Assembly: GCA_015680685.1 (NCBI GenBank)
Contig: MNCI01001868.1
Location: 615,420 to 679,419, forward strand
Direction: 5' to 3'
Source: Gnetum montanum
Lineage: Eukaryota > Plantae > Gnetophyta
Length of the DNA: 64,000 nt
The translations under genes were made by a program, and so were the position numbers. Under the pieces are notes generated by a model that was not told where the DNA came from, did not search any database, and saw only the letters and a list, made by a program, of their open reading frames with translations. Below are positions 1 through 13,450 of the stretch, piece after piece (positions within the stretch are counted from its first letter, which is position 1; each line of letters opens with the position of its first letter).

Positions 1-1315
1 CTTCAATAGTGGATTGCATCAAACCTATAACTCAAACAACAAGCATTGCATCCATAAATGCAACAAGCACAACTCACACCGAAGAGTGGTATGATGATAT
101 TAAGACATACCTCCAACAAGGAGAGCCTCCAGAAAATCTAACCTCTACCCAAAAAGATGCACTACAAAAGTGATCATGGTATAATGTTCTTATAGGTGAT
201 AGCACCTTGTGTCACAGATCCTATGATTGAATACTTTTAACTTGTGTTAGCGGTAGTGAACCACAAATGATCATCAACCAAGTCCATGAGAGACTATGTA
301 GAGGCCATATAGCCCCTAGGGCAATGGTAGAAAAAATTAAATTTCTAGGCTATTATTGGCCTTACATGGAGTGCGATTGCATTTCCAAGGTTAGGACATG
401 TGACATGACAAGCTAATGCATGTGCCACCTACTGAACTGCATACTACATAGATCATGTGGCCATTCCAATGTTGGGGTTTGGATATCATAGGGCCTATAA
501 TGCCTTAGTCTACCACAGGACATAGCTTCATCATTACTACAATTAAATATTTTACAAAGTGGGATGAAGCCATTCCCCTTAGGAAGACAACATCACATCA
601 GGTTTGCAAATTCATCCTAGATAACATAGTAACTCAATTTGGTCTACTTATGACTATAGTCACAGACAATGGGCCATAATTTAGTAGTGCAAAAACTAAA
701 GCCTTTTGTGAATACCTTGGCATTAACAATTCCTTTTCATCACCATACTACCCAGATGAGAATGGCCAAGTGGATGCTACAAACAAAGTCATCATCAACC
801 TTCTGAAGAGAATGCTTTGTAATAGTAAGTGATGATGGCATGAATAATTAGTCTATGCATTATGGGCCTACTGTCCAACATGCAAAATAGCAACAAGTAA
901 GATGCCATATAGTCTTGTATATGGATCTAAAGCAATGTTTCCTCTTGAACTATAGGTCCCATCGCTCTATGTGATCCTCTCAAGCTTTATTGATGAGGTT
1001 CAAAACAACAAACTAAGAACCATCAACCTTGAATCTATAGAAGATGAACACATGCAAAAAATTGATTACATCGAGTGGTATCAAGAAAAGCAATAGTAGA
1101 AGCACCTTCACAATCAACATCAATGCCCGATCAAGAAGGGGGACTTGGTCCTCAAGGTCATTCACGAGCCCGTGAACAAATTCTTAGCTAACTGGGAAGG
1201 GCCTTTCTTAGTCATAAAGGCCTATGATAATGGAGCATTCAAGCTTGCTGATCTAGATGACAATGAGTTTGTCAATCCAATTAACCACTTGTACTTGTAG
1301 CCATACTACACCTGG
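1..1315 (+). mobile_element. Decayed Ty3/Gypsy (Tat/Ogre-like) integrase region
   Basis: Manual translation gives WYDDIKTYL, HxxxCxGH..GYYWP, WPFxxWGLDIIGP, YFTKW.EA, IVTDNG, SSPYYP..NGQ..ATNK and NWEGPF (GPY/F) motifs, broken by stops and frameshifts. Confidence 0.9.
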
Positions 1316-1357
1316 TACGTAGTGTCGCACCAATGACAAAGCAAGGTAAGAGAATGT

Positions 1358-1601
1358 CTACTATGATGTTAAACTAGCACAAAATATTTGCTATGACATT
1401 AAACTAGCACAAAATGTTCAATATGAGATTAAAGTGGCATAGAATGTCCTTGGTCCATGACACTAAATTAGTAGCCATAACACGATCTGCTATGATCTTA
1501 AACTGGCCATCCACTATCCGCTATGACGTTAAACTAGCACAACGGTCTGCTAGGACCTTAAACTAGCATAACATGTGGTCTACCAAGATCTAAAACTAGG
1601 T
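1358..1601 (+). repeat. About 8 degenerate ~30-bp repeats (core CTATGAYNTTAAACTAGCA) in the retrotransposon 3' UTR
   Basis: Core recurs with variable spacers right after the integrase end; a related motif occurs at 32425-32595. Confidence 0.85.
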
Positions 1602-1699
1602 TTGTAGTGCAAAATTTGTAGTTTGACATACATAATTTTTTTGACAAGAAAGTGTGAATACTTTCAATCCTTCGTCACTTGCCCACACCTCTTGGGAAG

Positions 1700-2670
1700 G
1701 ATGGGATGGGGCATTATAATTCTAGAATGAAGTTCACATTGTTAAGAAAAAATCCTTTGGAGCATTTGTAGCATCACCATCCTCAACATCTTGTTGATCT
1801 TTCAGAGATGCCTTTTGGCATCTTGCTGACCTTCTGGAGCTATCACCACCATCGCCAATCATCCTAGCTAGAGCTCTCACCATCAGCATTACTCATCAAA
1901 GAACCAAAGGTACTGTGGCCTAGCCATAGTGCTACCATCCTATAGCCCTCATCATTGTCTGAGCTTGGAAGGGCATACAACATTATGGCTCCTCACCATG
2001 CTGCTAGGTTTCCTGGCTCCTGCCTTTGGTGAGAACTCCCAAGCACCTACATCACCATCATCTCTAGCCACTTAGAAGCTCACTTTTGGTGTGGTTCTTG
2101 AAGCTTTTAGAGCCTACCATCACTAGTGCTTACATTGGCCTTCCTACTTTGGACCTTGCATGCACCTGTAACTAACACAACATTTGCAGCCCTTGTAGTG
2201 CCTTTGCAAATAGGACTTCACCTTCATCTCACATGGTGTGGTTGTTTCTTCTTGTTTTCTCTATGTTGCATTTGTAGGATGAAGCCTCAGCTGTGTCGTT
2301 CAAAGGTGTGTTTCATTATGGTGGCAAGTCACTACACTACTCTAATGTGTCCATTTTGGCCTACTAAGCTACTTAAGAGTACACATCCCTGCTACCCCAC
2401 TATAGCCAATTTACCTCTACCTCTTAATCTTGCATTCTCCCATACTATCTGCAAGCTTCCTTAATGCCCATGGAACCTTTCCTATAGTCAACTGCAAAAC
2501 CCATGATGGACGTCATGTAACTCATCCCATGGAAAGCCTTTTTGGGCTAGTGAAATCTCCAAATGGATGTAACGCAACTCATCTTGGGGAGGAAATGCTT
2601 GTCCTACAAATGTGACACTATTGTTTCTAAGCAATTTTTGTTGAGTGGTGCATAGTCCACCCAGCAACAA
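1700..2670 (-). pseudogene. Remnant of an antisense additional ORF of the Tat/Ogre-like element
   Basis: Coding-like minus-strand segments (e.g. PQDELRYIHLEISLAQKGFPWDELHDVHHG) between pol and the LTR-like region, preceded by a polypyrimidine tract/AG; Tat lineages are known to carry antisense aORFs. Confidence 0.35.
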
Positions 2671-2707
2671 AACATCTTCAAGAAAAATGAAAGGAAAGAA
2701 AAAGAGA

Positions 2708-2708
<1 letters not shown>

Positions 2709-2749
<41 letters not shown>

Positions 2750-2757
2750 NTGTGTGT
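2709..2757. repeat. (TG)n microsatellite
   Basis: About 24 TG units with one n. Confidence 0.98.
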
Positions 2758-3284
2758 CTAGAACCAAGAGTAAAAGAAAAATGGAACAAAACAAGTACCC
2801 AACTAAAGTAGCAAAGTTGTCATTTCATAATCAGTCCAGCTAGATCAACCATCTTACAAGCACTCTAATGAGAGGTCAAAATCCTAAGGGTAGGCCATGT
2901 CCACATGCTGACTTCCTCACAAGCACTCCAATGAGGAATCATGCATTGATGACAAGCCATTATGATGCTACATCATGTAGCTACATCTACAATGAACATC
3001 CTCCCTATCTGTTATCCCTTGATCCATCTCCCTAACCTATTCCCTACCATACTTTATTCTCCTAAGCACTCTGAAGCATGGTGAAGTATTGTCAAATCAA
3101 GCACTGATGAGTGGTTTTAGTGTCATGTTTGCTATGGTTTTTCGTATTCTTCATCGATGTCTCTTGGTCCAATTCTCCAGACATCAACAAAGAGGGGCCA
3201 ATGAAACAACACCAATTTTAGGCTTTGTAGTTCAACAACAAATTTTTCTAAGTGTCAAAGTTTGGAAAATTTTTTCTAAGTCTG

Positions 3285-4403
3285 GTGTTACACTCTACAG
3301 CATATCTAGCATAACACACATTGAGCCCTATTTTACAAGATTTTTTCTAAGTGTCAGCAATAGTTATATGAAAAGTTTTCTAAGTGTCTTGCTACACTCT
3401 TAGTATGCCTACTATGCTCCCTAGTGTAGCCAACATAGCACACATTTCCATGGCTAGTTTGCCTAATTATCAAGCTAGAAGTGGTTAAGGATCACTTGGG
3501 ATGGCTGAAACAGTTTGAAAAATTTTCTATCTCCTAGGTTATCACGCTTGCTATGCTACCCAGCATACCTAGCTTGACACATGTCCCAGTTGCCAGCTCT
3601 CCCAAGTACTAGGCTAAAGATTGTCATAATTGCTCAGGATGGTAAAAAAAATTTAGCAAACTTTCTATCTTTCGAGTCATAGTGCCTAGTTTTTCCTAAG
3701 TGTTGGACAAGGAACTTTCAAGCTGGCTTAACATACAAGACACATTTGGCATATTTCCTAACTTTTGAGGTTGCCCATCCTACTATGCCCTAGAGCATAG
3801 CCAATGTGCCATGAAGGAAAACTACAGATTTCATCAAAATTTGGCCAAGTGTCCCTACTATGCTTTGCTATGCTTCCTAGCATAGCTAGTGTAACCAATG
3901 TGAAAAATCAAAATTTTGCAAATTTTCACTAAGTGGTTTGTTACGCTCTAAAGCATAGTCACCTTGACACTAGAAAAAAGCCTTCAAAAGCCTTCAAAAC
4001 TTAGCATCGGCCTTCGTCTCAGCTTTGATGTCCCTCTAGCAACCAAGATCAGTAGTTTGCATTTCTTTTGCAACCCCCATTAATCCCCAAAATTATCCCT
4101 ACACTTGGCCTTACTCAAAAGGGAAGGAAGAGATAGTCCTAGAGTGTAGCCTCCAAGTTGTACTATTTTTGCACTATTGGTAGGTACATTGTGATCTTTC
4201 AAACTTTGGCACATGTAGTCTAGGTAGTGTGGTCATAGTTCCATAGTCTTTGGGAATCTGTTGCTATCCTTTAGAGTGTAACACTTTGCTACTCTTATGA
4301 GAGTGTAACATGACAATGTAACATCACCTATGCTCATGCCATGTGGCATCCATGCCACTTCGCACTCGATCCATGTTTTATGCTAAACCTAGGCCTATAA
4401 ATA
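3285..4403 (+). promoter_or_regulatory. Array of decayed CTACGCTCTAGAGCGTAG palindromes/half-sites ending at TATA box CTATAAATA (4395-4403)
   Basis: Repeated ctatgct/ctacact..agcatag/agtgtag variants, then ggcctataaatacc and GCAT-rich downstream sequence. Confidence 0.6.
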
Positions 4404-5173
4404 CCTTCACATCTAGCACTCTAGGCATTGGCAAATCAAAGGAGCATTGAGCATTTTAGTTGTCTGAGCATCCCCAACACTCTTGCATCTGAGCATCTAA
4501 GCATCAAACCTTGACGTCTCCCAGAAGGTAGTCCACTATTGCACTTGCAAAACATGGCTACAACCAACCTGGTAGGTTCAACCTCCATTTCAGTCACTAG
4601 CACCATGTCCCAGATGTCCTAAAGACTATGATTATTTTGCTACATTGCCATTGTGCTTGCCTGAAGCTGTGTACCACTCTCACCTCTTGTCTAGCAAAAG
4701 TTACACTCCTCATTTTGGGGTAGTACATTTCTTTATTTTCAAGATATGTTTCATTTCCTTTCCAAGAATTTTTCATTAATATTAAGCATAGATCTTACAT
4801 TTCTCTACTATTCAATACATATTTGGATGCTCATGTCACTATTTTTAGGTCGGGACTCTTTGCTACACTCTTGCTTGTTGTCCTGGTGTCCGTGCATCAC
4901 ACTCTACAAACCCCTGTTACAAATGGTTGCTTTAACACCACATAAGTCCCTGTTTGATTAATAAAACCATTCAAGGCACCTCATTTCCATTTCCTAGCAT
5001 GGCCCTTGCATAGATTTGGGGTTAGGCTATATGCCCATTGACTTCTCAGTGTTTCAACCATTAATATTTTTAGATGTCATAGGTCTCATTTGCCTAAATG
5101 CCAAATGCCAAACTTGAAAAATGCCAACCATCTAAAATTTTCTCTCTCTTCTTGAAAATGCCCAAGGTGGAGG

Positions 5174-5695
5174 TATTTATAAGGTTAGGGTTGCCAAAAA
5201 ATGTGGATTGGTTGCCACGTGGTAAAGAGGTAGTTGGGACTACGCTCAACCCCAACTATGCTCTAGAGTGTAGTCTCAATAGTTAGAAAAAATATGCCAA
5301 AATTTTTGTTTTCATGCTGACTATGCTCTAGAGCATAATTCCAACAATGGAGAGCATAGTCTTAGTACTTAGAAAGATCTACAACTTGTGTCATCATTAT
5401 GACATTTAGAAAAAAATCTTGCAAGATAAGCTATTATATATTGACTGCGCTAACTATGCTCTAGAGCATAGTCTTGGTAATTGAGAGCATAGTTTCAACA
5501 CTTAGAAAAATTTTGCAGCTTGTGACCTCATTTGGACACTTAGCCAAAATTGCAAAAATTTGGCCATTGAAGTTGACTATGCTTTACTGCAGTAGAGAGT
5601 GCAGTCTCAACACTTAGACAAATTTGCAGAAAGTGTCATCATTCTAACACTTAGAAAAATTTTGCAAATCTGGCAGTTTGCATTGACTATGCTCA
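5174..5695 (-). promoter_or_regulatory. Second palindrome array (GACTATGCTCTAGAGCATAGTC) with minus-strand TATA box at 5174-5182
   Basis: Near-perfect palindromes at ~5256, ~5320 and ~5452; ccttataaatacc on the minus strand followed by GGCAT repeats. Confidence 0.55.
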
Positions 5696-6155
5696 ATGCT
5701 TAGAAAAATTTGGGCAAAGTGCCTTTATTCTCACACTTAGCCAAATTTTCAATTGAGACATCGAGACCTGAAATTTTATGGTGTTTTAGCTGCAAGAATG
5801 TAAAATGTCACTACGAGATCATCATCATCACCCTATATGAATGACATTGCCTTGCATCATCACTACCTCATCATTGTCCTTGCCTTACCCACCACTACCT
5901 TTGTGTGCGTCCATTGCCTCACCATCATCCTTACCTAGTAGCTACCCCTACCTCTAATGATAGAAGACTTCTTTTTGTCAAAAGATGGAAAATTTAAGAC
6001 ATTTTGGTAAATGATGGGAAATTCAAAATTGCCATCAACTAATGAAAAATTCAAAATTAACATTAAAAGACCATTACTTTAAAATGTGGTACAGAGGAAA
6101 AATTTTCAAAATTAAAATTTGATGCATTCGAAGCATGTGAGGTAAATATTTTGTA

Positions 6156-6420
6156 ATTAAGTGTGCTTGTTCTATAGTATTGGGATGGGTGACCTCTTAG
6201 GAAGTCTCATTTTTTGTGCCAAAAGTCTTGAACCTCAAGCCATAACTTTTGATTCTGAAAGCCTTTTTTGGCAAATGAAGAGTAGCTTCCTATAACTTTT
6301 GATTCTAAAAGCCCTTTTTTGGCAAATGAAAAGTATCTTCCTATGCAAAGGTCTTATGAATAATGTCTAATATAACATATATTTGACATTTACCATGACA
6401 TCCAAGGATGGGATGTCACA
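6156..6420 (+). mobile_element. Cassandra-like TRIM LTR remnant with 5S rRNA-derived domain (6156-6210)
   Basis: ttaagtgtgcttg..tagtattgggatgggtgacctcttaggaagtc matches the plant 5S internal promoter region (ttaagcgtgcttgggcgagagtagtactaggatgggtgacctcctgggaagtc); segment ends in LTR-type gggatgtcaca at 6420. Confidence 0.7.
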
Positions 6421-6639
6421 CTCATGGTCTAGCTCATGGTTAATTTTTTTGAAGGATTTCAAACCAAAATTCTTACTATTAATGTATCTCAAGGATCATA
6501 TTTTACTACTTAAACTCCAATAGTGATATTTTAGTATTATTCTTAAAAATCACAAGTAATAAAATTCATAGTTATTGCTTGATTTTCAATGGTTCTCAAG
6601 ACTTTACATTTTTGGAGTCATTATGGCAAATCAATGAAG

Positions 6640-8290
6640 TGTAGAAATATGTAAAAAATGATTTTCAAATCCATGATAAATGATTATTTTCACATCTCTA
6701 TTTGAGTCTATTAGTGCTAGGATTATCATCAACTGTTGGGATGCATTTCAAGAAGAGTTTAAGGAAGATTTTGTAAATCGATAGTTCAAGGAACTTAACA
6801 TCATATCAAAATTTGATAACTTGAAGATGTAAAAGGGTGAGTCCATACATCATTTTCCTAATATATTGTTCATTATGTTACAAAATTTAGTCAAGTATAA
6901 ATTTGACTAATGAATGAGTAAAAAAGTTTAGAAGATCATTCAAGTCTTGTATGATAACTGTAGGTATCGAAACTTTATGATTTCCATACTCCAAACTAAA
7001 GATTTATCCACTTATATTATTGATGAGTTGATATCAAATATTAGAGCCCTAGAAGAATTAAAATCCTCAAATTCACAAAATGATAGTGCATATGTTGTTC
7101 AAAATTTCCAAAGAGTTAGAGGTCAAGGTAGAAGACGTAAAAATAAAGAAAGAAATGCCTTCTAAAATGATGTATCACAAGCCTAAACTCTTAGAATTTT
7201 TAGAATTATTAAAATTCCAATTAAAGAGGTAGATCCAAAAGAGAAAGAGAAAGATCAAACTTATAAGGAAGAAACCAACTGGTAAGCAAGTTTTACAATA
7301 AGAGTGTATACACTAGAGATGGAAACTAAAGTAAGAAAGGAACTTTTCAAAATTCAAAAACTAGTCAAGAATAGGCTTGAATGTAAAATTATGACCATAA
7401 GAAGTGATAGAGGGGATGAGTTTGTTAAATATTATTTTGATACATTTTGTGAACAACATGGAATATGTAAGAAAATTACATCTGGCTATGAACCTCAAAG
7501 AAATGGTGTTGCTAAGATGAAAAATTATGTATTATAAGAAATAAGCATATGCCTTTTGAAGCATGCTAATGTTCCTAATGAATTTTGGAATGAGATGATA
7601 ACTATGTCCACATACATTTTAAATAGACTAATTACATCCTCAAAAGTTGAGAAAATTCCTTATGAATTTTTGTATGCAAAACTTCCAACTCTCTCATCTT
7701 ATAATCTTTGATTGTATTTTCTATGTAAAGACTCCAATTGTACTTATTTAAAAATTGGATGATAGATGCTAAAAATTATGTCTTCTTTGAACATGATGCC
7801 AAGTCCAGTGGATACAAATATTTTGATCTAGCTTAAAATAGATTATATTATTTTATAAATTTACTTTTTAATAAGAAAACCATAGGGATTTAACATTTTT
7901 ACAAACAAGAAGGCAAAGTCTAATATGAGATTCAAGAGAAGCAAAGACCAACACTAGCTTTAAGAATTAAAAGGGATCATTCTCCATGAAAAATGTCGGA
8001 TACAAACATTTGAAGAAGATTTACATGAAGCCAAGCTACAAACAATGCAACCTATGTAATACTTCATCATTATTCTTTAAATGTTGAAAAATCCCTACAA
8101 GATTAGGTATGAAATAATGCTTTGAAAAAGAAATATGATGTTATTGTTAACAATAAAAAATGATCTCTAGTGGATAATCCTAAAGAAAAGAAATAGATAG
8201 ATACTAAATGATGATTTAAAACTAAATTTGATGAGAAAGATAACATAATTACACATATATCAAGGCTATTTGATAGGGGTCCTACCAATT
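6640..8290 (+). mobile_element. Decayed Ty1/Copia gag-integrase-start of RT
   Basis: FDNLKM.KGESI, TKDLST..IDELISNIRALEE (gag); IRSDRGDEF..FCEQHGI..PQRNGVA (integrase); SLVD.PK..K..FKTK (RT N-terminus). Confidence 0.85.
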
Positions 8291-11249
8291 ATGATTAATG
8301 GGATCATATCATATAGAGTGCAGTGTGATCTTGTCATTATCTTTGAAGACAATTTTTAGCAAATTGCCAAGAACACTCATTGTTATGGTAAAGATTATCA
8401 TACCTTGAGATTCGACACAACCTAACATGAAACTAAGCTAAGTAATATTCTAGCCATGAAGTGATATAGGAAAATATTTTAAAAAAAATTGAAAGGAAAC
8501 TTGTAGATCATTGGAAAAATTTCACAACCTAAGATAATATTCCAAATGCTAGCAAACTATGGAGGAAATAGCAGCATGCATGAAATAGCTAGTAAAATTA
8601 AAAAAAATAAGAAATGTGTAAAAAATGTAATATGAAATTAATTGAAATGTGCATGTGGTTGATAAAAAAAATAACTAAATAGATCATAAAAATAAAAATT
8701 AGATCGAATATCATAAATGCTAGACCTGAGAAAATTCTTAGAACAAATTTATTATAATGACAAAGAAAGAAAATTGAAATGGGCAAATTAGAATTGTAAA
8801 AAGAACCTTGGAAAACTACTATATAAAAATTAAGAAATGGATAATGAATTAGGGACATAAGATGAGAAACTATGTTATCTTGTCCTTTGTTTGATGTGCA
8901 TGCTTGATGCAGATTTGACAAGAATGATGTAGATTTTGGAGTTGACAAGTAGAGATTAGACTAGATCGATGTGTTGGCATGGATCTAAAGAAGCCTCCAT
9001 GTGTTAGGAGGACAACATGAAGAGGATAAAAATATGTTAATAGGAGTGGAAAAGAGAGTATTAGGAAAGAACTAATATCTCTAGAAGGATAAAATTTATT
9101 TTGTAAAGAGGAAAACACTTTGAAGAGCTTTCCAAATTGTCAATATGGAAGCAAGAAGTCAATTGTCCTTTGTACTAGAAATAATTAGGAAGATGTCTAT
9201 TAGATGCCAACCCTTTTCTATTTAGGGATATCATTATATTTATAGATCAAAAGTTCCATATAGATTATGAAGAAACAATGCATTGGGGCCCATAGAACCT
9301 TCTATATAGTTTTAGATAGGAGAATTAACATGTAGATAGCTGATGTAAAAAAATGATATAAGACATTAAAAGTAAGATTGATGCAAGATGTTGAAGAGAA
9401 AAAATAATGTTTTATTTTAAAAAATAAATTTGACCAAAACATTTGAAGCTAGGATTGATGTAAGACTTGACGTTAGATGTCAAAACTAGAGATCAAAGAT
9501 GAGCAATCAAAAATGATGTTATAGATGACATGAGACCTCACTTATAAAAAAAATCTAAAGATAAGAACTAAAAACCATATTGACAATGATGCAAGATATT
9601 AAATTTGGATTGCTAAAGATGAATTTAAGTTAAGAAGCCATAGAATGTACCTGAGACTCATACTTATGTAGAAAAAGTCCAAGTGGGTACAACATTGCCT
9701 TCTCTTAATGGACACCATTGAAAAGATAAAGGAGAATCTATCAATAAAAGACATAGGCTACTAGATAAGTACAAGAGAAGTTAAACGAAGAGAGTTGATA
9801 AAGGAGAAAGTTTGAGATATCATCGATACATGTATAGTGGAGTTCTATACCACAAAAGTAGGATGTGAGTAGATCCCAAAAAGCACACATAAAATTTTAA
9901 ATAAAGAACTTCCCAATCCATTCAATTCTTCCAATAACATCCTTACTAGGGTAAAGAAAAGACATTAATTTTCCCTCACCATTATACAACATGAAAAGAT
10001 AAAGGAATAGAAAAATATAGGGAAATAGATGGAAATGCAAACAGAAAGAAATGAAATAAGCGAAAAGAACCTAGGGACATTGTCGATATACCAATGATGG
10101 AATGTTGTATCACAAAAGTGGAACACAACTAGATCCCTAAAATTAAACTCTTCCTTACCTCACTCATATGAAGATTCATACTTACTACATCACTCTACAC
10201 TTAATACTTCCTCACTACATTGGTGCAGGAATATTTATTTGGCCTTACTAATGCTAAACATAGAAAGGAATCAAAATAGATGAGGAGAGGGGATTAGAGG
10301 AAGAAGAGAGAAATATATTATAGTTAAGCATAAATTATTGGCTTCTAAATATAAAGAGTAAAAAAACAAAGAAAAGAAAAAAAGGATATTGTTTCTATAT
10401 CTATCATGATGATGGTGCTATGTCATACAAGTAGGGCATGGCTAAAACCTACACACTATATGGTTGAAAATGATGCCACATACATATATATATATATAGT
10501 CAAAGTAACCCTTTCCTATCCAACTCAATCATATGCTCAGTCACACTTTTACATGAAGTAATGAGATATTTAGTCACTCAAAAATCTTATTGGTTGTGCC
10601 AAGCATATAGACTAGAATGGGATAGACAGCATAGGAAAATATGAAGAAAATGGCTATGAAAGTAGTAGAATATGAAATAAAGAAGGGGTGTAGTAAAAAA
10701 AGTAGTGCAAAATGAAAACCTATTATTCCAATGTAGTACATATCTCATTATAATATAAATAAAACTAATAAAAAGAAAATGGGATTTTATGGTATGTAAG
10801 AAAACAACTTCTACCTACTTAGTGAAGTATTCCCTAGAAGTTAGAACAAATTAGTACCTAGCAGATAAAGAAGCACTAATAGCACTAATAAGATCTAAAT
10901 CCCATTTTTGAATGAGCTATGTGATTTAAGATATGTTAAGCTCCTACAAATGAAGGTAGATAAGTGATGCATTATCTTTAACAAGTATCACATGTCTTAA
11001 CTAGATGGTATGCATCTTTGGCTAAGGTTGTCCATTAATAGCCTAAAGAAATAATATGAGAAGCCAAGAATCATGACCCTAGGTGTTTGCCAAAAATTCA
11101 TAAGTGAACCTAATCAATGACTATCTTAAAATATATAGCACTAAGACAATGTAGAAGAAAACATGTGGAAGAAACTAGACATAACATATTGGGATTCACT
11201 AATCAAAAGTATCAACTACTTTTACCAAAAGCATCCTTCTTAGTATGTG

Positions 11250-13450
11250 TGAGATGATTAGAAATTTTCCCAGTAGTGAGGTAATGAAGAAGATTAGTGT
11301 ATTTTTGACTCTTATTAGTTATGTTGATAACAATTATTGAGATATCAAGAGATTTCACAACATTTGTTAAGTAAACTAATTGTATGAGTTGATATTACCT
11401 AGCAGAAGAATCAACATGAATGGAGAATGTTATCAAGGCATTAGCTAGAATATTTTTATAGTATGGAATATTGCTTAAGGTATAAGAAGAAAAGGAAATG
11501 ACTAGTTCCTTAGTTATTTCTAGGGAAAGAACTAAGGAGCCTTATAATCATATTTACCATTAACTTGTTTTATGATGAGTTGAGAGTTATCATAAATGGT
11601 AATGATATTAACCTAATTTTTTAATGCTAGCAAGAGACCTTGTATTAGAGCCTCATATTCAGCTATATGGTTAGTGTGTAAAAAATCAAGTTTATAAGCT
11701 TGATAAAGAACTTGTTTTGTATAAAGAATAAGGACATAGGCTATGCTAGACCCAAAGGAAATGTATACTCTATCAAACTAAAGAATATCATCCAAATTTA
11801 TTTCATTAATGTATAAGCTATGAATAATGTCAATTGTGTTATAAGAAGAAATAAGATCAGCTATGGATTAACCTTTGATGGAGTGTTAATATAGAAAATA
11901 AAGGTCAAAATCAATAAGAAAAGTCTTCTAATAAGCTAGATGGTGATTATCTAAAGGATTATTAGTACTGATTTTAAAAATGTTATCTTTGTAGATAAGA
12001 AATATCTTAAGCATTGAGAAGGTAATGCCTCCACTTTTTAAGAGTGAAGATAAGACTTAGATAAGATTTCTTGATGTCAAAGTATCTAGTTTCAAATTTT
12101 AAGAAAGATAAAATATGTGATATATTAGAAGATCAACTCTATCTTCTCATCTTTGAGAAAGCATGGTGGATTTGGAAAGATAAAGGTAGAAAGGTTGATC
12201 AAATTATGAAGGATGTAGATTAAAATGAGTGTTTAAATGTTCTTTGATGAAATCAAATACCTTTTAAAATTTCTCATCCCAAATAAAAGAGGTAGATTTA
12301 CGAAGCATGTGAGTCAAATAATGTAGATGATCAGTAAGATTAGAGATGAAGTGATGAATCGATTAAAGATGACCTTGTAAAATACCCATATCTTGAATGT
12401 TTCTAGGTGGTGCAAGATCAAGAATATTCTTAACCTTATCAAAGTCAATAGCTATATAATTGTGAAATACAAGATAACCTAAAATCTTACCTATGAGGAC
12501 CTTAAAATGCATTTCTTAGGATTAAGATGTGGGTTAAGCCTATTTCAATAAGTTAAAACTTGATTCAAGTCAAAATCATAATCAATTACTAAGGTAGATT
12601 TGATGGCAAAATCATCAATGTAATTGTTAACTATTTTGAACATCATGTCATTAAAGATGAAAGTAATAGCTCATTGATAAGTAGATCTAGCATTCTTAAG
12701 TCCAAAGGACATTTTAGTGTAGCAAAATATCCTCCAAGAAGTCATGAAAGTAGTGTATTGATGATGTTCTAGATTTGATTATAATCATAAAACCCATCCA
12801 TTAAGGATGAAAGAGTATAGCTAGCTATGGAGTATATGAGCTTATCAATATTTGGTAATGAAAATTCATCCTTAAGAATGATCTTGTTGAGATTCCAAAC
12901 GTCAATGCATATACATATGTCATTATTCGTTTTGGAAACTATAATCATTTAGAAATCCAATTAGAATAATGGACAAATCAAATGAATCCAACATTGTAGG
13001 GCTTGGTGATCTTTTCTTTTATAGCAAGAGATATAGTAAGAAGAATTTTTCTAACCTTTTGTTTAATATGTTTGAAACCTTCTTCTAAGATGATATGCTA
13101 TACTAGATTTTGGTCTAAATTGGGCATATTGTTGTATCCCCAAGAGAAAGCAATCAAATGCTTTTGCAAGATAACTAAGATAGCTTCTCCAAGGTCTTGG
13201 GAAAGGAGAGCATTAGGCTAAAGAGTATTTTGTTTATCCCTATGACTTATTATAGGTAAGTTAATTAGGTTGTTATTCATTAAAAGCAGCTCTTGATCAA
13301 GGAAAGTTAGGTCTGATTGAGGTAGAAGTTCATCTTCTATGATATCTAAATAGGATATAAGAAAATATGAACTTGATTTTAAATTAAGAAAAGAAAGATC
13401 TAGAGTCTAACATACCTACCTTGTAAGGTGGTTCAAGATCAAAGGTTGAA
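11250..13450 (-). mobile_element. Decayed Tat/Ogre-like pol (RT, RNase H, additional RNase H)
   Basis: Minus-strand TNHIAEYEALIQGL..IYDNSQLIIKQVNG and HIP.YKNILANAL (archaeal-type RNase H of the Tat clade); degenerate RT motifs near 12.7-13.0 kb. Confidence 0.75.

Noticed and set aside
1358-1601. CRISPR-like repeat-spacer array
   Set aside because: Eukaryotic retrotransposon context, degenerate repeats, short related spacers, no cas genes
6156-6210. Functional 5S rRNA gene
   Set aside because: Only the internal-promoter part is present, diverged, in an LTR-like context
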